Assembly (NCBI RefSeq): GCF_006345805.1
Contig: NC_043021.1
Location: 13,020,001-13,084,000 of the forward strand
Source of the DNA: Octopus sinensis
Lineage: Eukaryota
Length of the DNA: 64,000 nt
Direction of reading: 5' to 3'
A model generated the notes under the pieces. It saw only the letters and a program-made list of their open reading frames with translations, searched no databases and was not told the DNA's origin. Positions 37,061-49,583 of the stretch are shown here, in pieces (within the stretch, counting starts at the first letter, position 1; each line of letters starts with the position of its first letter). Position numbers and translations under genes: made by a program.

Positions 37061-37452
37061 TCTATATATATAAAGCTGAAGTTGTCTGTGTGTGGCAGGT
37101 TTGGTAGCCTTCAACTAACACTATCTCCTCCGAGACCCTGCGGCGCAAGTTGACCAAAATTGAGAGTATGATAGAAGAAGGCTTGCTCTTCATTCCGTAG
37201 AAGATAAAATTCAAATTGGACCATGGTAACACCAAAAATTATTTACATAAAAAAGGTGCTTTTTTTTTCCATGAAAATCCCTATTTTTTACGATTTTTTA
37301 ACTGCTGTGTCGCCATTTTTCGGTGTATTTCAACCAGAAAAATGTTCACTTAAAGAGAATAACAAGCTACATAATGCAAAATTTTTACTTTGCAAAAATT
37401 CCAATTCTAAAGGGTCGAAACAAACCCGAGCAAAGCCGGGTGATACTGCTAG
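37061..37452 (+). mobile_element. Non-autonomous Helitron inserted in a piggyBac-like MITE
   Basis: 5' TC(TATATATATAAAG), 3' CTAG preceded by hairpin cccg-agcaaagc-cggg. A|T insertion site, no TSD. Host MITE halves on both sides. Confidence 0.85.
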
Positions 37453-38299
37453 TTAATTCTAAATGTAACAAAGAATTTAGTAAAATAACTTAGTTATCAT
37501 TAAGCTAGTGTTAGGAACATAAATTGCGACTAAGGTTTGGTGGAAGGTTTTAATTCAAAACTTATGAAAACAAGACATTGGTACTACAGAGCCAGAGGCG
37601 GTTTCAGCCAGGTTGGTAAAGAAAAGATTAAGGAAAATGAAGTTAAACCAAAAGGGAACACTTCGAAATTACCCACTGTTTTAAATATTCTTGAAAGTCA
37701 TCAATATTACATGGCTTGTGTAGTAAGAAGTTTGCTTCTCAACTACATGGTTCTGGGTTCAGTTCCATTGCATGGCACTTTAGGCAAGTGTCTTCTACTA
37801 CAGTTGTAGGCCAACCAAAGGCTTGTGAGTAGATTTGGTAGATGGAAACTGAAAGAAGCCCATTGTATGTTTTTGTCTTCAACGACCACTTGACAACCGG
37901 TGTTGGTGTGTTTATGTCTACATAACTCGGCAAAAATGACTGATAGCATAAGTATCAGGTTCCCAAAAATTCAAGATGGTGCTCCAGCGTGGCCGCAGTC
38001 TAATGATTGAAACAAGTAAAAGAGTACACATGATACACATGTATCATTTCCTCTTCATGATTCTTTTACCATTCCCTGTTTGGTCTTTTTGTGTTTTATC
38101 CTATAAACCATGCAAATCCATTTGGTTAGCATTGCTGCTCTGTTTCCTTGTTTTTACCCTTTTCTGAGACAGTTCTAGTGCACCTGAGCACTAAACACAA
38201 TAAACTAAACAACAAAAAGTTTAGTTGGGGGCAGGGTAAGAACCTTTCAACAGTAAGGGACAAACTACTGTGAGGGAAGAGGAACCAATATTTGGTCCC

Positions 38300-39095
38300 A
38301 AATTCTGGCACAAGGCTAGCGAGTTCAGGAGGGGGGATAAGGCAGTTACATCAACCCCAGTGCTCGACTGGTACTTATTTTTATCGACCCTGAAGGGACG
38401 AAATGCAGAGCGGACCTCAGTGGAATTTGAAAGCAGAACATTATGACAGACAAACATCAAGACAGACGAAATGCTGCCAAGCATTTTGTCTGACATGCTA
38501 ATGATTCTTATTTCTTTATTGCCCACAAGGGGCTAAACATAGAGGGGACAAACAAGGACAGACAAAGGGATTAAGTCGATTACATCGACCCCAGTGTGTA
38601 ACTGGTACTCAATTTATCGACCTCGAAAGGATGAAAGGCAAAGCCGACCTCGATGGAATTTGAACTCAGAACGTAATGGCAGACGAAATACCTATTTCTT
38701 TACTACCCACAAGGGGCTAAACACAGAGGGGACAAACAAGGACAGACAAACAGATTAAGTCGATTATATTGACCCCAGTGCGTAACTGGTACTTAATTTA
38801 TCGACCTCGAAAGGATGAAAGGCAAAGTCGACCTCAGCGGAATTTGAACTCAGAATGTAAGGGCAGACGAAATATTTATTTCTTTACTACCCACAAGGGG
38901 CTAAACAAGGACAGACAAACAGATTAAGTCGATTATATCATCCCCAGTGCATAACTGGTACTTATTTAATCGACCCCGAAAGGATGAAAGGCAAAGTCGA
39001 CCTCGACAGAATTTGAACTCAGAACGTAATGGCAGACGAAATACCGCTTAGCATTTCGCCCAGCGTGCTAACGTTTCTGCCAGCTTGCCACCTTC
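38300..39095 (-). mobile_element. Tandem array of family C SINE units (three ~180-bp units plus an older copy)
   Basis: Repeated cccacaaggggctaaac...gactta...gaatttgaactcagaac(g)taa...gcagacgaaata; head at ~39095. Confidence 0.85.
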
Positions 39096-39127
39096 AAAGG
39101 AATCAATATTATAAATCTCTCTCTTAC

Positions 39128-39325
39128 CTGTGTCAGTGCTGAACACTCAACATATTTCACAGCACGTAATTCCTTGGCCAACTTCTCTCCTTGTTCATAT
39201 GATATTGGCTTCTGTTTGTTCTTTGCCAATCTTTCTATTGTACCGGCATCATCTCTCAAATCAATTTGTGTTCCTACCAGCAGGAACGGTGTTTTCTGGC
39301 AATGATGTGTGATTTCTGGAACCCA
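39128..39325 (-). CDS. CDC42: Cdc42 coding exon (aa 97-162)
   Basis: [26 protein letters not shown]...[10 protein letters not shown]; the TQID variant of the G4 box is typical of Cdc42. tgcag acceptor, GTAAGA donor. Confidence 0.97.
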
Positions 39326-39557
39326 CTGCAAAAGAACATACAGATCTTTTAAGAAAATCTTTTTTACAGAGCAAATCATTAATAATGTGAAGGTGGTGGT
39401 GGTGGTGGCGAGTGAGGGTGCAATCTTATCTGAACCTTACAGAGAGGAAGAGAGAGAGACAATAAAGAAAAGATTCCCCATCTGTGTTTTAATTATAGAA
39501 AATAACCAAGGCTATGCTGAATATGTAGAATACATACAAACATACAGACATGCATAT

Positions 39558-39604
<47 letters not shown>

Positions 39605-39642
39605 GCTGAATGAAGAACTGCCCTGATAAATCTTTTAAAAGG

Positions 39643-40075
39643 TGAGAGAGAGAGATGAGATGAGATGAGAGAGATGAGAGAGAGAGATGAGATGAGAGAG
39701 ATGAAATGAGATAGATGAGATGAGAGAGAGATGAGATGAGAGAGAGAGATGAGAGAGAGAGATGAGAGAGAGAGATGGGAGAGAGAGATGAGAGAGAGAG
39801 ATGAGATGAGAGAGAGAGATGAGAGAGAGAGAGAGATGAGATGAGAGAGAGATGAGATGAGATGAGATGAGATGAGAGAGAGATGAGATGAGAGATGAGA
39901 TGAGAGAGAGATGAGATGAGAGATGAGATGAGAGAGAGATGAGATGAGAGAGAGATGAGAGTGAGATGAAAGAGAGAGAGAGAGATGAGAGAGAGAGATG
40001 GGATGAGAGAGAGAGAGTGAGATGAGATGAGATGAGAGAGATGAGAGAGGGAGAGAGAGATAGGGAGAGAGAGAT
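39643..40075. repeat. Compound purine-rich (GA)n/(GAGAT)n microsatellite preceded by (CA)n
   Basis: Seen directly; (CA)n at 39559-39602. Confidence 0.97.
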
Positions 40076-42729
40076 TTGTAGTCCACCAAATCAAATAGTT
40101 TTAAACCCTTCGAGTTGTACCCTAATATAATTAGCAGTATGCCTCCATCCCCAGGAATTTAGCTGCTGCTGATACTGTCACTATGTCGACTTCACTCAGA
40201 AAAACTAAAACATCAGGATGCTTATTTAGTCGAATAAGAGTGGAAATATTCCGGAGTTTAATTGACCTCGTATAATTTGTGTGTGCATGTGTGCACGTGC
40301 GAATACATGAATTATGCGTGTATTTTATTACACGATAAACAGGAACATATTCAAATTCATAGGCTCAAGAGTGGCTGTCTGTTAAGTCTACTTCCCAACA
40401 ACATGGTTCCAGGTTCAGTCCTGCTGTGTGGTACTTGGGCAGTGTCTTGTATTATAGCCCCAAGCCTTGTGAGCAAATTTCACAGACGGAAACTGAAAGA
40501 AGCCCATCGTACATATCCGATTGTGGCCGTTGCCATTGCCAGCCTCGCCTGGCCTCCGTGCCTGTGGCATGTAAAAAGCACCATCTGATTGTGTCCGTTT
40601 GCCAGCCTCGTCTGGCACCTGTGCTGGTGGCACGTAAAAAGTACCCACTACACTCCCGGAGTGGTTGGCGTTAGGAAGAGCATCGAGCCGTAGAAACATT
40701 GCCAAATCAGACTGGGCCTGGTGCAGCCTTCTGGCTTCCCAGACCCCTGCTGAACCGGCCAACCCATGCTAGCATGGAAAGCGGACGCTAAACGATGATG
40801 ATGATGATATGTATGTGAATAACTGGTGTTGCTTTGCTTATGTCCCTGTAATGTAGCAGCTTGGCAAAAGAGGCCAACAGAAGTTCCAGACTCAAACAAA
40901 TATTGTACTGGGGTTTATATGTTCAACTAAACTCCTCAAGGCAGTGCCCCAGCATGACTGCAGTCCCGTGCCTGGAACAAGTTAAAAAAAAAAAAAAAAA
41001 ATCGTTTCTATTACAGGCACAAAGGCAAGGCCTGAAATTCTGGGGAGTGGGGTAGTTAATTACATCAACCCATGTACTTTATTGGTGCCAAAAGGATGAA
41101 AAGCAAAGCCAACTTCAGCAGAATTTCTTTTCTACTCCTAGGAACAAGGACTGAAATTTTGGGGAAGGGGGCCAGTCAATTAGATCGAACCCAGTAAGCA
41201 ACTGGTACTTAATTTATTGACCCTCAAAAGAATGAAAAGCAAAAATCGACCTCGGTGGACAGACAAATTACCGCTAAGTGTTTCTGCTAGCTCATCACCT
41301 TACTTTGGTAGAATTTATACGCATCCCCACAGGCTGATAAGCATTTCGTCCTGCATGGTAACGATTTTGCCAGGTTGTCATCTTTAGATAACTTATAATA
41401 ATGCTATTTAATAGAACAAGTTACTCAGATCTTTTCAGGAATTACAATGCCCATTCCCCTACAGAATTACTGTTTAGCCACGGGTTAGCTCTGGTGGAGT
41501 AGATCTATGACCAAACTATTCCTACATGATCATTCCAATTTATACACACATTAAGTGCATCTCAATTGGCCACATGATCAAGAGTTCAAACGCTATTACT
41601 ACTGCTACTACTATGCTGTGTCTATAAACACAAAACATCTCTATACACTTCCTGCTTGTCTGACTCTTAAGGTCAGATTCTCACCCTCACTTCCTCCTCG
41701 TGAGATTGATATTAGGACGGAAATAAAAACAAAAAAAAAAAAAAAATTAAAAAGCCAACATGACAAAGTGAGCATTTTAAATAAAATACTGAACCAAACA
41801 AAAAACAATAGCTTTGGTAGGACAGACCAAGCATTGTAGTAGATAAGGATGGTGGATTCTTTTAAGGTTTACAATTGGTGGAGTTTACCATATCCGTGAT
41901 CTACAGATGGCAACACTTGACTTGAAACTGCTCCCACTTTAGGAGAGAGTGGTTTAGTTTTAAACCAATAAATGAAATAATGAGAGAAGGCCTGGCGAAC
42001 TTGAGTTCGGGCCACTTTAATAGCAGAAAGGTTTTTGAGGGCTGCTTGTATACTGACAGAATTGGAAGCAGTTTGCTTTCTTATGCTATTATCTCGATAA
42101 TGAATGAATGATCGTGGATTCAACAGGAAATATTATTGCAAAAACAGTAGTATCTTTCTGTTTTAGTTTTCATTACAATTTAAAATTTTTTAAATCTTTG
42201 TTTAAATAAACCCATTTCAAGACTTTCTTGAGTCACAAGAAAAAAGTCTGCGGACCGCATGCAGCCTGCAGGCCTTAGGTTGGCCAGCCTTGCTCTACGG
42301 ACTCACTTGAGCAGCTAGAAATTGCAGCCAAGTCTTCCAAATCACATGCAACTATCTTAATCTCTTAGCATTCTGATTTATTTATGAAATGTCATGCTTA
42401 TTTATTCATATTGTTTAGAATTAATTGTGGATTATCTTGTAGCATCAAGATTTCAATGGTGTGGCTGTGTACTTTTAGAATGACATTGTAGGATAGGTAC
42501 GAGGGGTTGGATCTGGTCAGTTTTAACATAAAACAGGTAGAATATTTGGGCCGGATATGGCCAGATTAAATGCTGAAGGGTTAAGGAAGGATGTATTATA
42601 GTCCCACATATACAAAAAGATGGGATGGGCATGACTAGAACACTGACTATAAATCCCTATTTATATTAAAATACAGTTCTTTTGTATCTATTTTGAAAAT
42701 GAGGAATTTAGTAAAACCACTCATTAACT

Positions 42730-43325
42730 GGTTGTATACTGTCAATCTAACGTGAACGTGACAGTAGGGGATTACACCACCGCTGTTTAGCCCTAGGAAG
42801 CATTGACACTTCCTGATGGCTTCGACACATTTTTTCCTGTGTCCTTATATATTTACGAAGGGGAGACAAACAGCCCCAGCAGCCAGGCCTGCATCTAGAG
42901 ACACGCATGTTTCAGGATCTTTGCCCATCATCGGTCTAGTGTAGCAGACGCCCGCCAGCCGTGGATATCTGTCCCGATTCGCAAATGTATATATCTAATT
43001 TTCAGTGAAGTTTATTCACTGATTACCAAAATCAGAAATATTAAATTTCTAAATATCTCATAGAGATATGTACGGTGGTGGGGCGATAGAATGGTTGTAT
43101 ACTGTCAAACTAACGTGGGGGTGTTTGTCTCCCCTTCGTAAATATATAAGGACACAGGAAAAAATGTGTCGAAGCCATCAGGAAGCGTCGATGCTTCCTA
43201 GGGCTAAACAGCGGTGGTGTAATCCCCTACTGTCACGTTCACGTTAGATTGACAGTATACAACCATTCTATCGCCCCACCACCGTACATATCTCTATGAG
43301 ATATTTAGAAATTTAATATTTCTGA
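42730..43325 (-). mobile_element. Penelope/retrozyme-like non-autonomous element (family P1): 363-nt unit plus inverted partial copy, 11-bp TSD
   Basis: TSD ACTCATTAACT at 42719-42729 and 43326-43336. Unit restarts at 43093. 43117-43325 is an inverted copy spanning the unit junction. Contains a hammerhead motif. Confidence 0.85.
42895..42939 (-). ncRNA. Minimal type I hammerhead ribozyme (U4C core variant)
   Basis: Minus strand reads CTAGA-CCGATGA-T-GGGcaaagatCCT-GAAAC-atgcgt-GTC-TCTAG. Helix I is CTAGA/TCTAG, helix III is short and quasi-palindromic, and the cleavage triplet is GUC. Helix II is weak. Confidence 0.7.
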
Positions 43326-46300
43326 ACTCATTAACTCTTTAGCATTTAATTCCTTCAACATTTAATTCGGCCATATCTGGTCAAAATATTCTACCTGTTT
43401 TATGTTAAAACTGACCAGATCCAATATCTCAGACCTATCTATTCTAAAAACATACGAACATACCATTGAAATATCAAAGCTAGAAGATAATCCAGGATTA
43501 ATTCAAAACAATGTGAATAAATAAGCAATACATTTGACAAAGTAATCTGAAAGCTAAAGGGTTAAACTGTGGTTAGAGCATCAGGCTCACAATCATAAGG
43601 TAGTGAGTTCGATTCCTGGACTGGGCTGTGTGCTGTGCTCTTAAGCAAGACACTTTATTTCATGTTGTTCCAGTTCACTCAGCAGTAGAAATGAGTTACA
43701 ATGTCACTGGTGCCAAGCTGTATTGGTCCCTTTGCCTTTCCCTTGGGCAACATTGGTGGCATCGGAAAGGGAAGCTGGTATGCATGGGTGCCTGCTGGCC
43801 TTCCATAAACAACCTTGCCCAGACTTGTGCCTTGGAGGGGAACTTTCTAGGTGCAATCCCATGATCATTTGCAAGTGACAAGGGTCCTTTAGCAACATGG
43901 AATTTTGATGGAAGTTTTGAATTTAAATCACTTCAAAACAAGAAGTTTGTATCATCATAGAACCAGTGGTGATATCAACCAGACTGATATCAAAAGGGTT
44001 AATCAGGCCTTGTTGACCTGGGGCTAAACAGCAACTCCTTCGAAGATAGACACAACAAAACTGGTGTCCAAGCATGGATACAGTCCACTTGATGAAACTA
44101 GACTCTTGATGACCACCTCCAATAGAAATATGAGTTTCCATTCAATTGCCATTAATGTTATGTACACCAGGAACTGTTGTTTGCTCCACATAAATAAGAG
44201 GGGAGGGAGACTGGATCAAAATGTTAAAAGTGGAACACTTCCTCTACATTAGGATATGTGATAAAATCTTTAAAAAAGCAGTAAAAGCTCAAAATGTTGT
44301 CGTTGCTAAGTTTCTGCCATTACTGCAGGCTAACATTATCAGTGATAAATTTAACCGACGTCCTTGAATGTAGATCTGTATCTATGGTGCTGAAATTAGC
44401 CTAGTTTCCAGTTGCATCCACTTCAGCGGGTGTATTTTTAAACCAGGATGTCTAGTTTAATCCTTTCGTGATCATATTTCTAATGAAACACACGGTCTCA
44501 GCATTTCAATTTTGAAAAATATCGAGAATTTAGAGATTTTACAGAAACAAATGTTTTTTTGGGGGGGTGGGGGGTCTTCATTAAACTTATGTTTGGAACA
44601 TAACAAAATGGTTCAAACAATGAATTATGATGGAAGGTTTTTGAGTTAGGGTTGGGATGGAAGATTTTAGGTTGTGATAGAAGGTTTTAAGTTTTAAGGC
44701 GTATGTCAAGGTGCATGGCCCAGTGGTTAGAGTGTCAGGCTCACAATCATGAAGTAGGGAGTTCAATTCCTGGACCAGGCTGCATGTTGTGTCCTTGAGC
44801 AAGACACTTTATTTCACATTGCTCTAGTTTATTGAGCTGTAGAAATGAGTTGTGATGTCACTGGTGCCAAGCTGTATCAGCCTTTCCCCTAGGTTTCATC
44901 AGTGGCATGGAGTGGGAAGACAGGTATGCAAGAGCAACTGTTGGTCTTTCATAAACGACCCATGTCCACACTTGTGCCTTGGAAGCTAAATTTCTAGGTG
45001 CAACGCCATGGTCATTCATGACTGAAGTGGGGTCTTTAACCCTTTAGCATTCAGATCATTCTCTCAAATGTAATGCTCATTGGCTCACATTGTTTTGGAT
45101 TAATCATGTATTATCTTGTAGCTTGGAAATTTCCATGATGTAATTCTTTATTTTTAGAATGACATTGTAGGGTAGGTGTGAGAGGCTGAAATCCAGCCAC
45201 TTGGAATGTAAAACATGTAGACTATTTGGTTCAGATATGGCCAGTTCAAATAGTAATGGATTAAAACAAATTTTCTATCAAAGAATGAGAAGCAGTCTCA
45301 GGTGGTTTGGATCCAAAACGGATAAGTATCAGAAGAACTACATTTGTTCCCATCATCTCTATTTGAATAGGGGTCAGGCTTTTCTTGGGCCATGTCTATC
45401 AGTGGTACAGAGACCTAATAGTAATACTGCATTTAGAGAAGAAGAAAAAATGATACCCACAAGTTTTTAATAACACAAAGGTCAATGTTTCAACAACAAC
45501 AGTATTAAAGACCACTTCTATTGTAATCACTATTTTAAATGAAATTTAAGCATTATGAAATATTTTACAACTACTTTACAGGGTGGTTCAGAAATGCTTT
45601 ACAATACATTTTTCCTAAATGAAAGACCTAATATTTTAAGCTCTTCTACTTCAATACAGTCCAGTGTCATTAACTACAACTACTACTACTATTGTTTTAC
45701 TTTGAGTAACTTCCTACTAATTCATCACCAAAATTTCCACAGGCGTAGGAGTGGCTGTGTGGTAAGTAGCTTGCTTACGAACCACATGGTTCCGGGTTCA
45801 GTTCCAGTGCGTGGCACCTTGGGCAAGTGTCTTCTACTATAGCCTCGGGCTGACCAAAGCCTTGTGAGTGGATTTGGTAGACGGAAACTGAAAGAAGCCC
45901 GTCGTATATATGTATACATATATGTGTGTGTTTATGTGTTGGGTTTGTCCCCCGCCCCCTTCGCTTGACAACCGATGCTGGCATGTTTACGTCCCCGTAA
46001 TTTAGTGGTTCGGCAAAAGAGAACCAATAGAATAAGTACTGGGCTTACAAAGAATAAGTCCTGGGGTCGATTTCCTCAACTAAAGGCGGTGCTCCAGCAT
46101 GGCCACAGTCAAATGACTGAAATGAGTAAATGAGTATACAATTTGGGTGTGTGGCCCACTAACATTCAAGTCATCACACAGCACAGTTATCTTTCTTGGA
46201 TGAGTCAGATGACACACCACTACGCCATGAGGAACTGATGCGCTGAAGTGAATTACTGATTCTTAAAAAAATATAATCGAAGGCTTCACAAATCTGAATT

Positions 46301-47992
46301 AATTTTTAACCAACTTGTGAGACATTATTACTTTGTACACAACTATGATTAACATCTTTAGCATTCCGATTATTCTGTCAAATGTAATGCTTATTTATTC
46401 ACGTTGTTTTAAATTAATTATGCATTCTCTCATGGTTTTGAGGTTTTAATGAGGTCATTGTTTATTTTTAGAATGACATTGTAGGATAGGTGAGAGACCA
46501 AATCCTGTTAGTTTGAACATAAAACAGAATATTTGGGTGGGATATGGCCACTTTAACCCTTTAGCATTCAGATTACTACCAAATGTAATGCTTATTTATT
46601 CACATTGTTTTGAATTAATCATGTATTATCTTGTAGCTTTAAGATTTTGATGAGTTAACTTAATATTTAGAATGAAATTGTAGTGTTAGTAGTGTAAGAT
46701 CCAGCCAGTTTGAGCATAAAACAGGCAGAATATTTTGGCTGGATACGGGCAGATTTAAATGCTAAAGGATGAATAAAATAAAGTAAGCAACCTTTTTCTA
46801 TGTTTTTTTCTTAGCTTAATTGTAACACCCCTTTGACATCAACATACCTGAGACCATCACTGATTCAATGATGCAAACCTGTTTTAAAATTATCTAAACT
46901 AAAACCTATCAAAATTTTATGCCAATTTATGCTCCAAACACCAGCTTAATAATGACAAAATTATTTAATTAAATTCTTCATTATTTTCAAAATGAATTAC
47001 GATAAAGTTATTGTATTTCAACAGAAATATGGTAGTGAAAGGATTATATTTCTTGTAGACCTTGCATGTGAGATGCACCATCATCATTTAGCGTCTGTTT
47101 TCCATGCTAGCATGGGTTGGACGGTTTAACTGGGGTCTGTGAAGCCGGAAGGCTTCATCAGGCCCAGTTAGATTTGGCAGTGTTTCTACGGCTGGATGCC
47201 CTTCCTAACGCCAACCACTCCGTGAGTGTAGTGGGTGCTTTTTACGTGCCACCTGCACAGGTGCCAGACAGAGCTGGCAGACGGCCACGAACGGATGGTG
47301 TTTTTACGTGCCACCGGCACGGGGGCCAGGCGAGGCTGGCAACGGACACGAACGGATGGTGCTTCCCACAAAATAAAAAAAAATAAAAAAATTGAGAACC
47401 ACTGCTCCAGGCATAGAGCTAATTCATTTGGGCTCAACTAATCTGTCTTGGGTTTGTCTCATACTTCCAAGTTGCAGCCATAAAACACTGTTTTTTTGCA
47501 GTCCTTGTCCCGTATACTCTGTATGGAAATAGCAGGAACAGCCCTGTTACCAAATAGAAGACATTCTCGAAATTTCTTGAGTCTCCTCAAACCTTAAACA
47601 ATTAGGCCATCACCAGCTCCACCCCTCAGAGTTAACCGTGTCATCTGAGAAGTAACAGTATTCAATCTTTGGTTGCTCTATGCTGATACAAACAGAGCAT
47701 ACGACACACCCAAAATTCATTTCCCCACAGTTTATTGTTTGTACATGCATTAGTTGAGACGTCTCGATCACAAGCCTCTCTTCTTTCATATCAATGAAGG
47801 CTATTTCTTAGAAAACCCCGACTCTCATCCTAGCCCAAACTTTCATGCTAGACATCAGAAGCCCTAATCCAAATCAAAGTGAAAGAAACACCAATCTATG
47901 CAACTAGGATGAGGATCCTGCCACACAAACTACTAGTGCCCTCCATACAGTATATAATAGCAACAGAGACAGTATTAATACCAGGAGGTAAT

Positions 47993-48730
47993 ATCTACTC
48001 CCATTTCAATGGGGATGTTCTATTAGAATTACAGTAGTATAGTTGGGGGTAAAGGGTAAAGACCCCCTTCAGTCATGAATGACCAGGGGATTGCACCTAG
48101 AAAGTTCGCCTCCAAGGCACAAGTCTGGACAAAGTTGTTTATGGAAGACCAGCAGTCATCCGTACACACCAGCCTTCCCTCTCCACGCCACTGATGTTAT
48201 TCAAGAGAAAAGCAAAAGGGGCCGATACAGCTTGGCACCAGTGACGTTGCAATTCATTTCTACAGCAGAGTGAACTGGAGCAATGTGAAAATAAGTGTCT
48301 TGCTCAAGAACACAACATAGCCTAATCTACTCCCATTTCAATGGGGATGTTCGATTAGAATTACAGTAGTATAGTTTGTTCTAATCAAACATCCACGTTA
48401 GGTTGGGGGTAAAGGGTAAAGACCCCCTTCAGTCATGAATGACCAGGGGATTGCACCTAGAAAGTTCACCTCCAAGGCACAAGTGTGGACAAAGTTGTTT
48501 ATGGAAGACCAGCAGTCATCCGTACATACCAGCCTCCTCTTCTCTCCATGCCACTGATGTTATTCAAGAGAAAAGCAAAAGGGGCCGATACAGCTTGGCA
48601 CCAGTGACGTCGCAACTCATTTCTACAGCTGAGTGAACTGGAGCAATGTGAAATGAAGTGTCTTGCTCAAGAACACAACACAGCCTGGTCTGGAAATCAA
48701 ACTCACTAGCCACTGAGCCATGTGCCTTCA
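47993..48730 (-). repeat. ~330-bp tandem duplication including a family D SINE and its flank
   Basis: atctactcccatttcaatggggatgttc...ttgggggtaaagggtaaagacccc... starts at 47993 and again at 48325. Confidence 0.9.
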
Positions 48731-48971
48731 CTAGAGGCATAACTAGACAAATTACATATTTATAGCTTTCCTAGCAAATCTTAACCCTTCAGCATTCAAA
48801 TTATTTTCAAAGCTTCAAGATTACAATGATACGAGGTTATATTTTTGGGATAATACTGTAGGGTAGGTGTGAGAGGCAAAACCTAGCAGTTTGGACACAA
48901 AACAAGTATAATATTTGGGCCAGATATTGTCGGTTTAAATGCAAAAGCATTAAGCGTTCTTTTATTATCAT

Positions 48972-49160
48972 TATTAATTCCCTCCGCCTTAGCGAAGGTG
49001 GAGGTATTGTTTTCAGTCGCATTTGTTTGTTTATCCATGGATAAGATATCAAGAACTGCTGGATGGAGTCGGATGAATTTTTTAGGGATGTTTGGCCCTA
49101 TGACTGGTACAAACTGATTAGATTTTGGGATCAATCCAGTACCGGACAAGGATTCTGGAT
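48972..49160 (+). mobile_element. Helentron-associated (HINE/DINE-1-like) fragment
   Basis: ttaattccctccgcctt-agcg-aaggtggaggtattgttttcagtcgcatttgtttgtttatcc: 5' hairpin followed by a GTTT microsatellite. Confidence 0.5.
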
Positions 49161-49400
49161 TATTTGTTATATTTACTTTACTCGATTACAATCTTACGTT
49201 AACTTTCAAGTCTTTCTCAATTATCTCCCTTTAGGCTGTAACTATTTTGAATGCAGAATTTGTTAACTAAGGATAAACTACAGCCACCTTCACATTCCAC
49301 GACTACCATTGGGATCAATCAGGTACTGGACTCATGAGCTAAAAGTCACACTAATTTTCAAAAACTGTTGTTTATGAAGTAGACATCAAGTAGGACTTAC

Positions 49401-49583
49401 CTTTTCTCTGACGTTTTCAAATGAAGATGGCGACACTACAGAAAAACAAACCAAAAAGACATCTGTCTGGGGGTAGCTGAGGGGTCTTAGCCTATCGTAG
49501 TCTTCCTGACCAGCAGTATCAAACAATCCTAAAGTGTATGGCTCACCTCCAATCATTACTGTTACTGCATAGTTATCAAAAAC
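49401..49583 (-). CDS. CDC42: Cdc42 coding exon (aa 36-96)
   Basis: [61 protein letters not shown]. ctctag acceptor, GTAAGT donor. The exon for aa 1-35 was not found in the window. Confidence 0.97.

Noticed and set aside
39489-40094. ~200-aa S/L/H/I-rich ORFs
   Set aside because: Translations of the GA/GAGAT microsatellite.
42820-42865. Hairpin ribozyme loop B-like tatatatttac
   Set aside because: The partner AGAAACA strand and loop A are absent.
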